Positions 28,314-39,546 of a stretch of 64,000 nucleotides of DNA are shown here, piece by piece. Numbering within the stretch: position 1 is the stretch's first letter; every line of letters begins with the position of its first letter. The stretch is from Polyangiaceae bacterium. GTDB lineage: Bacteria > Myxococcota_A > Polyangia > Polyangiales > Polyangiaceae. The notes beneath the pieces are model-generated. The model did no database searches and was not told where the DNA came from. It worked only from the letters and a program-made list of their open reading frames with translations. The position numbers and the translations under genes are program-made. Location of the stretch: positions 1 through 64,000 of the forward strand of contig JBNKBE010000012.1 in NCBI GenBank assembly GCA_050287085.1, read 5' to 3'.

Positions 28314-29024
28314 ATGAGTGTCGAAGCTGTGCTGCGAGCCGAGCAAGTCACCAAAGTCTACCAGATGGGTGATGTTCGAGTGGACGCTCTTCGTGGCGTA
28401 GACTTTCAGCTATACCGGGGTGAACTCTTGGTTCTACTGGGCGCGTCTGGAAGTGGCAAGTCCACGCTCCTAAACATCGTAGGCGGACTCGACACTCCCA
28501 GTTCAGGTCACGTCTTCTACGAGCAAGCGGACTTGAGCGGTGCTGAAGATGCCGTCTTGACGCGCTATCGGCGTGAACACGTTGGATTCGTTTTCCAGTT
28601 CTACAACCTTATCCCCAGTCTGACGGCTATGGAGAACGTAGCACTGGTTACCGACATCGCCGCCAATCCGCTTTCGCCGCGCGAGGCACTTGCGCTGGTG
28701 GGCTTGGAAGCGCGAGCGCACCACTTTCCGGCCCAGCTATCTGGTGGGGAACAGCAGCGCGTTGCCATCGCGCGCGCCATCGCAAAGCGTCCCGATATCC
28801 TGTTATGCGACGAACCAACAGGTGCGCTGGACTACCGTACCGGAGTGCAGGTGCTGTCGGTATTGGAGCGAGTGAACAAGGAACTGGGCGCCTCCACCGC
28901 CGTGATCACCCACAACGCGCCGGTAGCCGAAATGGCCGATCGCGTGGTCTCACTATCAGATGGACTGATCGTCAGCGATGAATCAAACCCGAATCGCAAG
29001 AGACCCGAGGAGTTGAGTTGGTAG
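28314..29024 (+). CDS. ABC transporter ATP-binding protein (LolD/MacB type)
   Basis: [37 protein letters not shown]. Confidence 0.93.
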   Translation: MSVEAVLRAEQVTKVYQMGDVRVDALRGVDFQLYRGELLVLLGASGSGKSTLLNIVGGLDTPSSGHVFYEQADLSGAEDAVLTRYRREHVGFVFQFYNLIPSLTAMENVALVTDIAANPLSPREALALVGLEARAHHFPAQLSGGEQQRVAIARAIAKRPDILLCDEPTGALDYRTGVQVLSVLERVNKELGASTAVITHNAPVAEMADRVVSLSDGLIVSDESNPNRKRPEELSW

Positions 29025-31390
29025 GCGCGTTGCAGAAAAAGCTGCTGCGCGAGCTGCTGCGCTTGCGTGGGCAGGTGGTCACCATTTCGCTCGTGGTGGC
29101 CTGTGGGATTAGCAGCTATCTTGCGATGCAGTCCGCATACGACTCGCTCGTACACTCTCGTGACGCCTACTACGAGCAATACCGCTTTGCCGATGTCTTT
29201 GCGACCTTGCACCGCGCTCCCAGAGCCGTAGCGGCGCATATTGAAGCGCTAGCGGGCGTTGCCCGCGTCGACACGCGCGTGGTGGAGAAGGTGTTGGTGC
29301 CCATGCCGGACTCGCCGCGGCCTGCGAGCGGCACGCTCATCGGACTGGCGCCCGACGCCGCTGGCGGTCGCTTGAACGACGTTCACATCAAGGTGGGTCG
29401 CGCGCTGGATCCGGCGCGCGCGGACGAGGTCCTGGTACTGGCGGCCTTTGCCGAAGCGCACGGCCTGCAACCGGGTGACTCTTTGGACGCGGTGCTCAAC
29501 GGAACGCTGCGCACCCTGCGCATCGCGGGCCTGGCTCTCAGTCCCGAGTTCGTGATGGCCATCTCACCAGGCTCGCTCAGCTATGACCCCGCTTTGGTCC
29601 CTGTGTTGTGGATGAATGGGGACGCGGTGGAGGCTGCATTTGGCATGGCAGGAGGCTTCAACGACGTAGCCCTCCAGCTGGATCAGTCAGCCAACGTGAC
29701 CGGAGTGCTGGCCGACGTGGATCGTCTGATCGCGCCCTACGGCGGAATTGCCGCGGTATCCCGCGACAAGCAGATCTCAAACTACATGCTCCAGGGCGAA
29801 CTCACGCAATTGGCCAGTATGGCCAACTTCGTCCCTTTCTTGTTCCTGTTTGTGGCGGCATTGCTCGTCAATGTGGTGCTTTCCCGACTCGTCCAATTGC
29901 AGCGTATACAAATCGCGACCCTGAAGGCGATTGGCTACCGCGACTTTGCCATTGGTCTGCACTACCTGCTGCTCGTAAGCGTGGTCGTCTTGCTCGGGGC
30001 CGCACTCGGGGTGTTGCTCGGCGCCTACGCGGGCAAGGCCATGACCAACATGTATACGGGGCAATTCTTCCGCTTCCCGGAGCCACGCTACCGCCTGCAG
30101 TGGCAAGCCATCGCCTTTTCCGTGGGAATAAGCCTCGCATCGGCCGCAGTAGGGGCCCTCATCACCGTGCGGCAAGTAGTGGGCATGGCACCTGCCGATG
30201 CTATGCGCCCCCCGAGTCCGCCATCCTACAAGCGCTCGGTGCTGGAGACGGTTGGGTTGTGGCAGCTGCTAAGCCCCGCGACGCGCATGATTTGGCGCGA
30301 ACTATCGCGACGCCCTCTTCGCCTGGCCCTTTCAGCGCTGGGTATCGCTCTCGCAACAGGCCTCATGGTGCTAGCTCGTTCCATGTGGGACGCGATGGAC
30401 GACCTCGTCACAGTGCAATTCCATCGGGCCATGCGGGAGGATATCACCGTCACGTTTCAGCGGCCCGTTTCGCCCGAAGCAGTGGCCGAGCTCAATCACC
30501 TGCCGGGCGTCTTGCTCGCTGAAGGACTGCGTGCGGTACCAGCACGGGTTCAGGTGGGCCATCGCTTTCGCGACGTCATCGTCAATGGCTACCCCGAAGT
30601 GACGCGTCTACGGCGTGTGCTCGACACACGAGGCAAAGAGCACCCCATCCCCGATAGCGGTGTCATGATGACAGAAACCCTAGCCACCTTGCTCCACGTC
30701 GCCCCCGGCGAAAGAGTGCACCTCGCGCTTCGCGAAGGATCCTGGCCCGAGTACGACATCGTGGTGCGAGAACTCGTCAACGAGCCTTTTGGATTGCAGC
30801 TCCACCTTCCAATGGCCGAACTCAATAGGTGGCTCGGGGACCGAGGTGCGCTCACGTCGGCGCTGCTGCGCGTCGACATGAACGAGTTTTCCAATGTCGA
30901 GCAGAAGCTCAAGCAGTTGCCCTGGATTGCCAGCGTGAGCAGTCCGCACGACTTCCAACGACAGTTTGATGAACAGAGCGCCGCGATGATGAACTTCTTC
31001 ACGTTGATCATGACGCTATTTTCGGCGGTCATCGCGATCGGTGTAGTCTACAACAACGCCCGGGTAGCGCTATCTCAGCGCAGCAGGGACCTGGCCAGCT
31101 TGCGAGTGCTCGGTTTCACCCGCCGCGAGATCGCGAGCATCATCTTCGGCGAGCAGGCGGTGCAGGTAGTTCTTGCTCTGCCCATCGGACTCGTCATCGG
31201 CGAGTGGCTAAGCCAAGCCATGATGTCCAATGTCGATCCTGAGGCCTATCGCTTCTATGTGCGCATTTCGACGCAAACCTATCTATTCGCGATCGGGGTA
31301 ACGATCGCCTCCGCCGTGTTGAGCGCCTTCATTCTGCGGCGCAAGATCCACCGCCTCGATCTCATCGGGGTACTCAAGACCCGCGAGTAA
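29018..31390 (+). CDS. FtsX/MacB-like ABC permease (duplicated domains)
   Basis: Two MacB/FtsX repeats with IATLKAIGY and LASLRVLGF motifs; multiple TM helices. Confidence 0.9.
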   Translation: MVGALQKKLLRELLRLRGQVVTISLVVACGISSYLAMQSAYDSLVHSRDAYYEQYRFADVFATLHRAPRAVAAHIEALAGVARVDTRVVEKVLVPMPDSPRPASGTLIGLAPDAAGGRLNDVHIKVGRALDPARADEVLVLAAFAEAHGLQPGDSLDAVLNGTLRTLRIAGLALSPEFVMAISPGSLSYDPALVPVLWMNGDAVEAAFGMAGGFNDVALQLDQSANVTGVLADVDRLIAPYGGIAAVSRDKQISNYMLQGELTQLASMANFVPFLFLFVAALLVNVVLSRLVQLQRIQIATLKAIGYRDFAIGLHYLLLVSVVVLLGAALGVLLGAYAGKAMTNMYTGQFFRFPEPRYRLQWQAIAFSVGISLASAAVGALITVRQVVGMAPADAMRPPSPPSYKRSVLETVGLWQLLSPATRMIWRELSRRPLRLALSALGIALATGLMVLARSMWDAMDDLVTVQFHRAMREDITVTFQRPVSPEAVAELNHLPGVLLAEGLRAVPARVQVGHRFRDVIVNGYPEVTRLRRVLDTRGKEHPIPDSGVMMTETLATLLHVAPGERVHLALREGSWPEYDIVVRELVNEPFGLQLHLPMAELNRWLGDRGALTSALLRVDMNEFSNVEQKLKQLPWIASVSSPHDFQRQFDEQSAAMMNFFTLIMTLFSAVIAIGVVYNNARVALSQRSRDLASLRVLGFTRREIASIIFGEQAVQVVLALPIGLVIGEWLSQAMMSNVDPEAYRFYVRISTQTYLFAIGVTIASAVLSAFILRRKIHRLDLIGVLKTRE

Positions 31391-31395
31391 CTGCC

Positions 31396-32625
31396 ATGAC
31401 AGACAAGAATACCTCCTCGCAAAAAACCGCTCGCAAGTGGAGCAAGCGGCTGGTTCTACTAGCGCTGGGACTGGCTGTTGTGGCCGCTATTGCCTTGGCG
31501 GCAGCTCCCAAGCCTGTAGCCGTCGAGATCGGCCGCGTCGAAGCCGGAACCCTCGTGGTCACCGTCAACGAGGACGGGCGCGCCCGGGTCAAGGATCGCT
31601 TCGTCATCTCCGCGCCCCTGTCCGGGAACCTGGCTCGCATCGAACTGCACCCGGGCGATCCGGTCAAACAGGGTGATGTCCTGGCGCGCCTCGTTCCGGT
31701 GCGAGCCCCACTGCTGGACGCGCGCAGCCGTTCAGAGGCTGAGGCAAGGGTCTCCGCCGCATACGCAGGCGTCCGGCAAGCCAAGGCACAGATCGCTCGC
31801 GCCGAAGCGGCGTCGACCTTCACCAGGACGGAAGTAGAGCGCGTTCAGGCATTGGTGAAGGGGCAGGTTATCGGGCGGGAGGAGTTGGATCGCGTTCTGT
31901 TCGACCAACGGACGCGCGACGCTGAACTGACCTCCGCTCAGTTCGGAGCCAAGGTGGCGGGACACCAACTCACGATGGCGCAGGCGGCGCTCGGTCACCT
32001 GGACGGCACGGAGCCTAGCAACGGTCCAACGCTCACCGTCACGAGTCCCATCAGCGGGCGGATTCTTCGGGTCATCCAGGAGAGCGAAGGAGTGGTCGCC
32101 GCCGGCACCCAGCTGGTGGAACTCGGCGACCCTAGGGCGCTTGAACTCGTCGTCGACGTACTCACCGGCGACGCCGTTTCCATTCACTCCGGCAGCGCAG
32201 TCACGGTGGACGGCTGGGGCGGAAAGCCATTGCCGGCGGTGGTACGGCTCGTAGAGCCGAGCGCCTTCACGCGCGTTTCGGCCCTGGGCATCGACGAGCA
32301 GCGCGTCAACGCCATCATCGATCTCACCGCTCCGTACGAGGATTGGCAGGCGCTCGGTGACGGCTACCGCGTGGAAGCAAGAATCGAAGTCTTTCGCGCG
32401 GACAACGCAGTGCTCGTTCCACAGAGTTCACTATTTAGGCTGCGTGATGCCTGGGCCCTCTACGAAGTCGTGGAGGGCCGGGCAGAGCGACGCATCGTCG
32501 AAATCGGTCGCCGCAACGACATCCACGCTCAGGTGCTGAAGGGCATTGCGCCCGGTGCCGAAGTCGTCATGCACCCAAGCGATAAGGTGACGGACCAGGT
32601 CGCGCTGGCGCGCCTCCAAGACTAG
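31396..32625 (+). CDS. HlyD-family periplasmic adaptor (membrane fusion protein)
   Basis: N-terminal TM, lipoyl halves ISAPLSG / VTSPISG, alpha-hairpin, VSALGIDEQRV. Confidence 0.9.
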   Translation: MTDKNTSSQKTARKWSKRLVLLALGLAVVAAIALAAAPKPVAVEIGRVEAGTLVVTVNEDGRARVKDRFVISAPLSGNLARIELHPGDPVKQGDVLARLVPVRAPLLDARSRSEAEARVSAAYAGVRQAKAQIARAEAASTFTRTEVERVQALVKGQVIGREELDRVLFDQRTRDAELTSAQFGAKVAGHQLTMAQAALGHLDGTEPSNGPTLTVTSPISGRILRVIQESEGVVAAGTQLVELGDPRALELVVDVLTGDAVSIHSGSAVTVDGWGGKPLPAVVRLVEPSAFTRVSALGIDEQRVNAIIDLTAPYEDWQALGDGYRVEARIEVFRADNAVLVPQSSLFRLRDAWALYEVVEGRAERRIVEIGRRNDIHAQVLKGIAPGAEVVMHPSDKVTDQVALARLQD

Positions 32626-32656
32626 GGGGCTGGCCCAATAGGCAGCGCACTAGTCC

Positions 32657-34036
32657 CTAGAGTGAACCTGCCCCAGGCTTCGGCTCCCCCACGGCAGCAC
32701 TCAAAGCGGGTTCTGCCCAATCACAAGTGGTCCTCTCGTCAACGGATTCCGATGCAGCACGCTCCTCGAGCTCGATCGCATTCGATTCTTCTCCAGCATC
32801 ACACGGCTTCGAGACAAGGGTGTTTATCTCGAGCTGCCCTGTGGGCTCTCCGTCGGACGGGTACTCGAGCGACAGGGTTATGCTGATTCGCTCGACCCCA
32901 TCTAGCTCAACGTCCCGAAGTAGCGCTGCCAGCTCCCGGGCGCGGGCCTCGAACTCCCCATAAGCCGTCAACGACGCGGACTCGCTTGGAGCCGATTCTG
33001 CACGCGAGACAACCGTCAATGCGGCCGGAAGCGATAGGTTGACGCGTCCGTCCGCGCTCTTGAGAGCTATCTGCGGCGTCCCATAGAGAACGTCGTCGGA
33101 CGAGGCCCAATCCGCCTGCCAACACAGCTCAGTCGCGGGGACAGCCGAGATCTCTAGAGTCGTTGACGCCCCAGGGCCCCAATCAAGAGCCAGCGACCGG
33201 CGGTCTAGCCCGAGCTGCCACTCGCGAGCAGTACGCCCGCGCCACTGCCTTTTCCCGGCAAGCGAGCCCCCGCCGACGCAGCGCTCACTCTTGGGCCAAT
33301 AAAAAACTGGAGCACGGCTTTCGACGTCTTCCGAGTCCACAGCCCCGAAGACTGCATCCAGCTGCCCGTAGCTGCCCCTGTCGCTGAGCACACCGGTGAG
33401 CTGAAAGCCAGTCAACACCTGCTTCGGGGACAAGTCCACCTCGAGAGCTGCCGGCGGCAATGATGCTTCGAAAGCCACAGCTTCGGGGCGGGTTGTACGA
33501 ACAAGAACTGCAACCCTTTGCTCCACCTGCCCAAAAGCGCGGACCGTGCCCTCGTACTCGAGCTCCAAATACGGCGCACATGCCGGCACCTCGTTCGCGC
33601 TTTCGTAGGTCACCCAATACGCCGCGCTTGGCTTGGCCCGAAAGGTCACGTCCAGCTCAGGCGTCGTGGCCTTCTCGCTGAGCGAGACCCCCTGCTCGCC
33701 GGCGGCAAAGGTCCCTTCGGCGTGGACCCCACCCGCAAGCAGTAGAGCCACATCTTCGCTCAGACGCTCGAGCTCCGCGGCGTTCGATGCTTTGTCCGCA
33801 GGCCTGCGCCTTCGTATGCCTTCGCAATCCGGAACGTCATTCGGGAGCGCCTCCACGGTATCGAAGCCAGTGCCATCTCCCGTCTGTCCCCCCAACACGT
33901 CTTCGCCAAACGGTGGCTCCGTTCCCTCGAGCGGCTCGAGCGAACTGTAGTTGCACGCCGCGAAGGCAGCGCCCAAGCACCCAAGCAGACGGCGGCAACG
34001 GGCCGACGAACGGGGAAGCACGGAGGAGCAAGACAT
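32657..34036 (-). CDS. Hypothetical lipoprotein
   Basis: Long acidic ORF; LLGCLGAAFAAC lipobox; start re-set to MSCSSV. Confidence 0.6.
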   Translation of the reverse strand: MSCSSVLPRSSARCRRLLGCLGAAFAACNYSSLEPLEGTEPPFGEDVLGGQTGDGTGFDTVEALPNDVPDCEGIRRRRPADKASNAAELERLSEDVALLLAGGVHAEGTFAAGEQGVSLSEKATTPELDVTFRAKPSAAYWVTYESANEVPACAPYLELEYEGTVRAFGQVEQRVAVLVRTTRPEAVAFEASLPPAALEVDLSPKQVLTGFQLTGVLSDRGSYGQLDAVFGAVDSEDVESRAPVFYWPKSERCVGGGSLAGKRQWRGRTAREWQLGLDRRSLALDWGPGASTTLEISAVPATELCWQADWASSDDVLYGTPQIALKSADGRVNLSLPAALTVVSRAESAPSESASLTAYGEFEARARELAALLRDVELDGVERISITLSLEYPSDGEPTGQLEINTLVSKPCDAGEESNAIELEERAASESVDERTTCDWAEPALSAAVGEPKPGAGSL

Positions 34037-34490
34037 CGGTTCACTATGTCGATGATGGTCTCCCCTGTCCAGGGTCGCTACGCACGTACTGTCCAGGCAG
34101 GACGCGCCCCAATGTGCGAATTGACCCCATGATCCGGGGGCAATTTTCACAACGTTGACATCGCTGGTCCGAATCCAACGGCGCCCACCGTGCTCCGGCT
34201 GCGCCGCCACCCCCGAGAATCGCGACCCGATTCGCTCAAGGGAAACGCGGCGTAGCGACGGCTGGCGCGGGGCTCCAAGACCGTCGCCCAAGTCGTCGGT
34301 GTGGCGACTTTCAGGCGCGGTACAGACCTGGGACTACGCCGTCCTCATTCTCAAATGGCAGCACACCGCCCAACGCCCAGAGGTAGGACTTGGTTTCGTC
34401 AGCAGCGGCAGAGCGGGCCGCCTCCCAGTCGGATCGTGCTCGGAACGCGGCACCTTCGCGAGCCCGCGAAGACCCACAGGGTACGAGCGC

Positions 34491-35786
34491 TCAACCCGCC
34501 GCGACCCAGCCAGAGTGTCGACGGCGCGACGGGATAAGACCCATCAAGTGCTTAAAAACCACGTGCCGGTCAAAGCGCAACGCATGGCCCAGCGCGCGCT
34601 GGGCCAGCTGCTGCTTGGCGCTGTGGGTCATACCGTAAATGGCATAGTCAAGCGCCCGCGCAATCGCGTCCGGACTCCCCGCTTCGATCTCAATGGCCGT
34701 ATCCCCCACCGCCTCCGGAATCCCTCCGGTTCGCGTCGTGATCACGGGTCCCAGACCTCCGACCAGCATCTTCTCGGCCAGCGCAATCCCAAATGTTTCC
34801 ACGAACTCCGGACGGGGCTTGCTCGGGAGCACGTACGCAAGAGCTCCCCGCATCAAGACCTTCTTCTCTTCATCGTCGACATCGAGCAGGAGACGAATAT
34901 TGGGATCCTCGGAGGCGATCGCTGTCACCAGCTCCCGCGCGGGACCGTTGCCCGCAATGACAAGGGGAAAGCGGCCATAAGCGGCGCTCAGCTGATAGCC
35001 CCGAATCAGATCGTCGACGCCCTTGGCTAAGGCGATGCGCGATAGGAAGAGCACATAGCCCTCGGACTGCAGACCCCGACGCGACAACACGGATCCTACC
35101 TGGTCACTGTCGAGTTCGACAAACGAGCGCGTATCAATGGCTGGATAGCTCACCGATACGCGCTCTCGGCAGCGCGCCGCAAAGGTCGTTCCACAGGCCG
35201 CATCTACCTGCTCCGCGGATCGGATAATGAGCTCGCGGGTGAACTCGGAAACCGCAACGCAGACGTCTTGCGCAAGGTACATCGAATAGAGCAAAATGGC
35301 CGGACCGAATCGTTGTTCGCGAACGGCGTTGCGAACGACATTCGTGATGTCCGAGCCAACGGCCTCCGCGATGGTCACGACGTCCACCGGCAATCCCGTG
35401 GCGCGTGCCGCGTTGACCGCGTTGTCAACAATCGAAAGGTGCGGCAAAAGGTACATCGACATGACCACCGTTTCCACGCCTTCCAGCAGCAGCTCCACGA
35501 GACGCCCTTCGAGCCCAGTGCAGAAGCGACCGTCAGGAACTTTATAGTCCCCCACGGGAGCCGGCCGCTCGACGGTGATTGCCGAACTATAGGGCAGTAT
35601 CGCTCCCTCCGGTTTCATTGGAAGCCCCGCCGCACGGATCGCATCTATCGGCCAGGTAAGAATACGGACGTCGGTAAACCCTAGCTCCAACGCACTTTCG
35701 GCGAGATTGCGAGCTTCTGAAGAATGTCCACAAATGACGGGATCTGCGCGAACGACGATAATGAGACGTCTCGTATTGCGGGCCAT
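34491..35786 (-). CDS. Glycosyltransferase family 4 (GT-B)
   Basis: FLSRIALAKG, IAGNGP, ETFGIALAE (EX7E), TGGIPE. Confidence 0.88.
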   Translation of the reverse strand: MARNTRRLIIVVRADPVICGHSSEARNLAESALELGFTDVRILTWPIDAIRAAGLPMKPEGAILPYSSAITVERPAPVGDYKVPDGRFCTGLEGRLVELLLEGVETVVMSMYLLPHLSIVDNAVNAARATGLPVDVVTIAEAVGSDITNVVRNAVREQRFGPAILLYSMYLAQDVCVAVSEFTRELIIRSAEQVDAACGTTFAARCRERVSVSYPAIDTRSFVELDSDQVGSVLSRRGLQSEGYVLFLSRIALAKGVDDLIRGYQLSAAYGRFPLVIAGNGPARELVTAIASEDPNIRLLLDVDDEEKKVLMRGALAYVLPSKPRPEFVETFGIALAEKMLVGGLGPVITTRTGGIPEAVGDTAIEIEAGSPDAIARALDYAIYGMTHSAKQQLAQRALGHALRFDRHVVFKHLMGLIPSRRRHSGWVAAG

Positions 35787-35824
35787 GAGTCCTTCCCGCC
35801 GCAGTCTCCTAGGAACATGCGGCA

Positions 35825-38005
35825 TCAAGTGAACGATGGTGGACGATGCACGCTACCCCATGCACCGGGAGCGGTAGAAAGCTCGACGACGAGTTCCCCC
35901 CCAGCGAGCAACTCGTCACCAACCAGATAGCTTCTGTCCAACTGGACGCCATTCAACGTGACACGAGTGACATACCTGGCGTTTTCACCATTGTTTCGTC
36001 TAGAAATTTTGAGGCTTCGAGTCCCAACACGAAGGACGATGTGGTCAAAGCGGGGCGCTGCAATCAGGAAGACACACTGCCCAGCAACCGGAAACAACCC
36101 AATGCAGACCCATACATACCAAGAGGACAATCCACCTGAGTCGTCGTTGCCGGCAAGCCCGCCCCGCCCGTCTGCAAACTGATAGTTGATGATATCATGC
36201 AGCACGTCCGCCGTGCGATCGGGACGCCCCGCGTAGTAGTACGCAAAGGGCACCTCCATGTCGGGCTCATTGTTCAGCCCCTCGAAGCGGGCCAATGCAT
36301 ATCCTCGCTCCAAAGCATCGCCAAAGGGCGGTTGTCCGAGTTGGACAACCGGTGGCGCGCCATACCCGAAAAACGCATCAAGCTGAGCGACGAAGCGCTC
36401 GTCCCCTCCCGATAGCTCGATGCGTCCAGCCATATCGTGGAGCAATCGAAATGAATAATTGTGGCGCGTCCCTTCGTAGTAGGTCGAATCGACAAGCAAG
36501 CCCGTGGCCGGATCGTAGGCGGCACGCCACTTGGCCGCGTGCACATCCATGCGTGCGGCCAGAGCCTCATCGTCGAGTTCACGCGCTACCCGCGCCGTAC
36601 AGAAATACCCATAGGCGAGATCCAGTGTGTGAGTGATCGGGTGAACGATACCCTTCTCGAAGAACTCCTCGCCGTAGGTTCGAGCCAAATCACCGTGCAT
36701 ATGCGAAAGCGCCCACTCCCAATCGATTCCGGGAAGACGTAGCCGCCTGGCATCTGCAAGTGCCGTATGTGCCAAGGCGCTGGCTTGACGAAAGAACCGA
36801 TCAGCGCCGCGCGCCATCCGATAGCCGATGGGGAAGTTGCCCTCCTCTTCACGAACACGCAAGAGTGCGTTGAGCAGTTGCGTGCTCTTCTCCGGATAGA
36901 CAACGCTTAGCAACGGAAGCTGCGTCTTGTAGATATCCCACATCGTGCAGATATCGAATACGAAGGGCCCTGCGCTATTCCAAAACGGGCTCTCGTCATG
37001 AGCAAAGCAGGGCTTTATCAGGGAATGATAGAGCGCTGTGTAAAAGACTTTGCGCTCTCGCTCGCTCCCTCCATCTATGCCGACGCGCGTGAGATGCCGC
37101 TCCCAGCTGCGACGAGTGCCCGCTCGCACCGCATCGAACCCTCCGCTTGTCTGAGCCTCGCAATTCGCACGGGCTTGCTCTACGCCCCGCAGAGAGAAGC
37201 CGATCCGCAGCTCGATTTGCTCTCCCGCCCGAAAGGGCCCCGAGAACACCAGCCCGAATGACCGCAACGTCGTTTCTCGGATGTAGTCAAAGACAAGACG
37301 CGTGCCTCCTTCAACAGCCTGCCTGTCGTACCACAGCGACTGACGCATATCGCTTCGACTGACGTGGATGAACACACTGAGCGGCACGCCCTCCATGACA
37401 ACCGTACCCTGAGCGAGCCCGGGACCCAACAGTTCCATATCAGCGCGGCTTGGCAACGTCCGACCGTGTTCCAGAGCAAGCCCACCACAGCTGAAGTCGA
37501 TCGCGATCCGGGCCGGGCCCGTCTCCGGGAACGTGTAGCGGTGTACCGCTGCCTTCTCCGAAACTGTGAGCTCTGCCAGCACCCGCGTCTCCCGTAGCGT
37601 TGCGCTGTAGTAGCCAGGCTCGGCGCGTTCTTCGTCGAGCGTGTATCGGCGCCCCAATTCCCCGAGCCCTTCGAGCATGGGGGTCACGCGGAAGTAGTTG
37701 TAGTACTTGCGGATAGCGCCCGTTCCAGACTGCTGGAAGTGAGTGAAGCCGGTTGCCGAGTATTCGTCAAAAAGCGGGACTGGAGCCCCCTCCGTACCTT
37801 TCTGATAGAGTCCGTAGCCAGTGGGATAGGCGCCCGAATAGGGGCACGCCGAAACCATGCCGAAAGGTGAACATGCGCCGGGATGTGTGTTGCCCACCTG
37901 CGGCTTCGGCCACCACCAAGTCCTGGCCAGCCCTTGGGGCTCAGGCAGCTGTGCTGCGGCGCAGCCAATAAACGGATCGACCTCCGAGACAGGGCTTCTG
38001 GGCAT
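35825..38005 (-). CDS. Glycoside hydrolase family 92 (alpha-mannosidase), cytoplasmic
   Basis: VDPFIG, GNTHPGACSPFGMV, PGYY, FYTALYH, MWDIYK, NNEPD, GNDDSGGLSSWYV; no signal peptide. Confidence 0.9.
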   Translation of the reverse strand: MPRSPVSEVDPFIGCAAAQLPEPQGLARTWWWPKPQVGNTHPGACSPFGMVSACPYSGAYPTGYGLYQKGTEGAPVPLFDEYSATGFTHFQQSGTGAIRKYYNYFRVTPMLEGLGELGRRYTLDEERAEPGYYSATLRETRVLAELTVSEKAAVHRYTFPETGPARIAIDFSCGGLALEHGRTLPSRADMELLGPGLAQGTVVMEGVPLSVFIHVSRSDMRQSLWYDRQAVEGGTRLVFDYIRETTLRSFGLVFSGPFRAGEQIELRIGFSLRGVEQARANCEAQTSGGFDAVRAGTRRSWERHLTRVGIDGGSERERKVFYTALYHSLIKPCFAHDESPFWNSAGPFVFDICTMWDIYKTQLPLLSVVYPEKSTQLLNALLRVREEEGNFPIGYRMARGADRFFRQASALAHTALADARRLRLPGIDWEWALSHMHGDLARTYGEEFFEKGIVHPITHTLDLAYGYFCTARVARELDDEALAARMDVHAAKWRAAYDPATGLLVDSTYYEGTRHNYSFRLLHDMAGRIELSGGDERFVAQLDAFFGYGAPPVVQLGQPPFGDALERGYALARFEGLNNEPDMEVPFAYYYAGRPDRTADVLHDIINYQFADGRGGLAGNDDSGGLSSWYVWVCIGLFPVAGQCVFLIAAPRFDHIVLRVGTRSLKISRRNNGENARYVTRVTLNGVQLDRSYLVGDELLAGGELVVELSTAPGAWGSVHRPPSFT

Positions 38006-38209
38006 ACACCAAGATTAGTGCAAACTCGACGCCGCTCCCACTACTTGAGCGACCACGAGCACTGGACGCGTTGCCTCCATCTCCTTCGCCGCCTCCGGAA
38101 ACGTGTACGATACGCGGCCGCACTCGTGCTGAATCGGAGTTGGCTCGCACCGGAAGAGCTATCCTAGCTCCTGAGCCCAGTCGCAGCTCGCAAGAACGCA
38201 GGAGGGGTC

Positions 38210-39523
38210 TCAAGCGCTGGCTTGAGTCACCGCTTGACCCATGCTCGCGAGAGCTCGACGCAGCTCTGCGATCGACGCAAAGCCATAGGAAAGGCGCAGC
38301 GAGCGCGACGCCCGTTCTGCACCGCTGCTGCGCGGATGAACGCAAAGGCTGCCGGGCAGGTACAGCACTCGAGGCGCGCCGTCCGGGGTCGATCCCTCCC
38401 CACCGGTCATGAGCCGAAAAAAGGGTGAACCCTCATCCGTGCGCAAGCGGGCAAACGTAAGATACAAGTAGAACCCCGCCTGTCCACCGCAGACGCTCTC
38501 GACGTGGGCACCTAGATGTTCGTCGACGAGGTCGCGCACCAAGCGCGCTCTGTAGCGATAACCCTCATTCACCTGGCGCATGTGTTCATCAGCCTCAACG
38601 TCCAGCATGCGCGCCGCCACGGCCTGCGCCAAAGGAGGTCCGCTGAAGCCGACGTCGTTGACGCGCGAGCGCAACGCTTGCATCAATGGGCCTTCGCTTC
38701 CCATGGCATAACCCACCCGCAGTCCCGGACACAGCAGCTTGCTGAGCGTCCCAAGCTCGAGCACAACGCCTGCTTCGTCAAACGTCAGTGCTGAGGCGGG
38801 CGCCTTGAGTTCGGGATCGTGCAGCAGGAACTCGTAGGCGGCATCACAGACCAAGGCTAGAAGCTGCCCATTGCGATGCGACGCCCGAGTAACGAGCTCA
38901 ACGGCTTCCGCTCGGCGCTGTTCACTCCACAGCGCCCCCGTAGGATTGCCGACCGTTACATGGTAGACAAAGCGCAGGCGCGAACCGTATTGCAAGAGTG
39001 CCGACGCGAGCGCATCAGTCCGCATGCCCTCAGCGTCACTCTCGACCGGCACCACCTCGAAACCCATGCGTTCAAGCAAGTGGCAGTAGATGTAGTACTG
39101 AGGATCGGTCGTCAGCACGACGCCGGGCGCCATCACAGCACCGATCGCTTCCAGCAGGCTGGTGGCACCGCTAGCCCCGACGAGATAGGACAAGCGGGCC
39201 AGTTGCTCCTCACCCAGCGCCCCGATGCGATTGCGAACGAAGAAGCGCTGCAGCGCCGCCACGAAGGCCGGCTCCCCCGCTGGCATGCCGTAGTTGAAAC
39301 AATGTGGATAGTCCGACTCGTGCTCGGCCACATGCTGCAACGCGCGCGTGAGCGCGACCTTAGGCATGCTAGCTTCGTTCACATAGCCAACCCCCAAATT
39401 GACGTCGACCCCAGGACGGAAACGTCCCGAGAAGTCCGCCATCATGCGCCCAACGGGTGAAGGCATCACCGCTCCTTTTCCGTATGCAGAAAAGGAGGGT
39501 TGGAGGGCGGAGAGCTGTGTCAT
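38210..39523 (-). CDS. PLP-dependent aminotransferase class I/II
   Basis: NPTG, DAAY, GTLSKLLCPGLRVGY, LRLSYG; start re-set to MTQLSAL. Confidence 0.88.
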   Translation of the reverse strand: MTQLSALQPSFSAYGKGAVMPSPVGRMMADFSGRFRPGVDVNLGVGYVNEASMPKVALTRALQHVAEHESDYPHCFNYGMPAGEPAFVAALQRFFVRNRIGALGEEQLARLSYLVGASGATSLLEAIGAVMAPGVVLTTDPQYYIYCHLLERMGFEVVPVESDAEGMRTDALASALLQYGSRLRFVYHVTVGNPTGALWSEQRRAEAVELVTRASHRNGQLLALVCDAAYEFLLHDPELKAPASALTFDEAGVVLELGTLSKLLCPGLRVGYAMGSEGPLMQALRSRVNDVGFSGPPLAQAVAARMLDVEADEHMRQVNEGYRYRARLVRDLVDEHLGAHVESVCGGQAGFYLYLTFARLRTDEGSPFFRLMTGGEGSTPDGAPRVLYLPGSLCVHPRSSGAERASRSLRLSYGFASIAELRRALASMGQAVTQASA

Positions 39524-39546
39524 CGGAGCGGAGTCCGTAACTGCGT

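Noticed and set aside
29608..30522. 304-aa alternative-frame ORF
   Set aside because: Lies inside the ABC permease in another frame; typical high-GC artefact.
34155..35030. 291-aa plus-strand ORF and possible gene remnant at 34040-34490
   Set aside because: Mostly antisense to the GT4 gene; no recognisable motif in the intergenic part.
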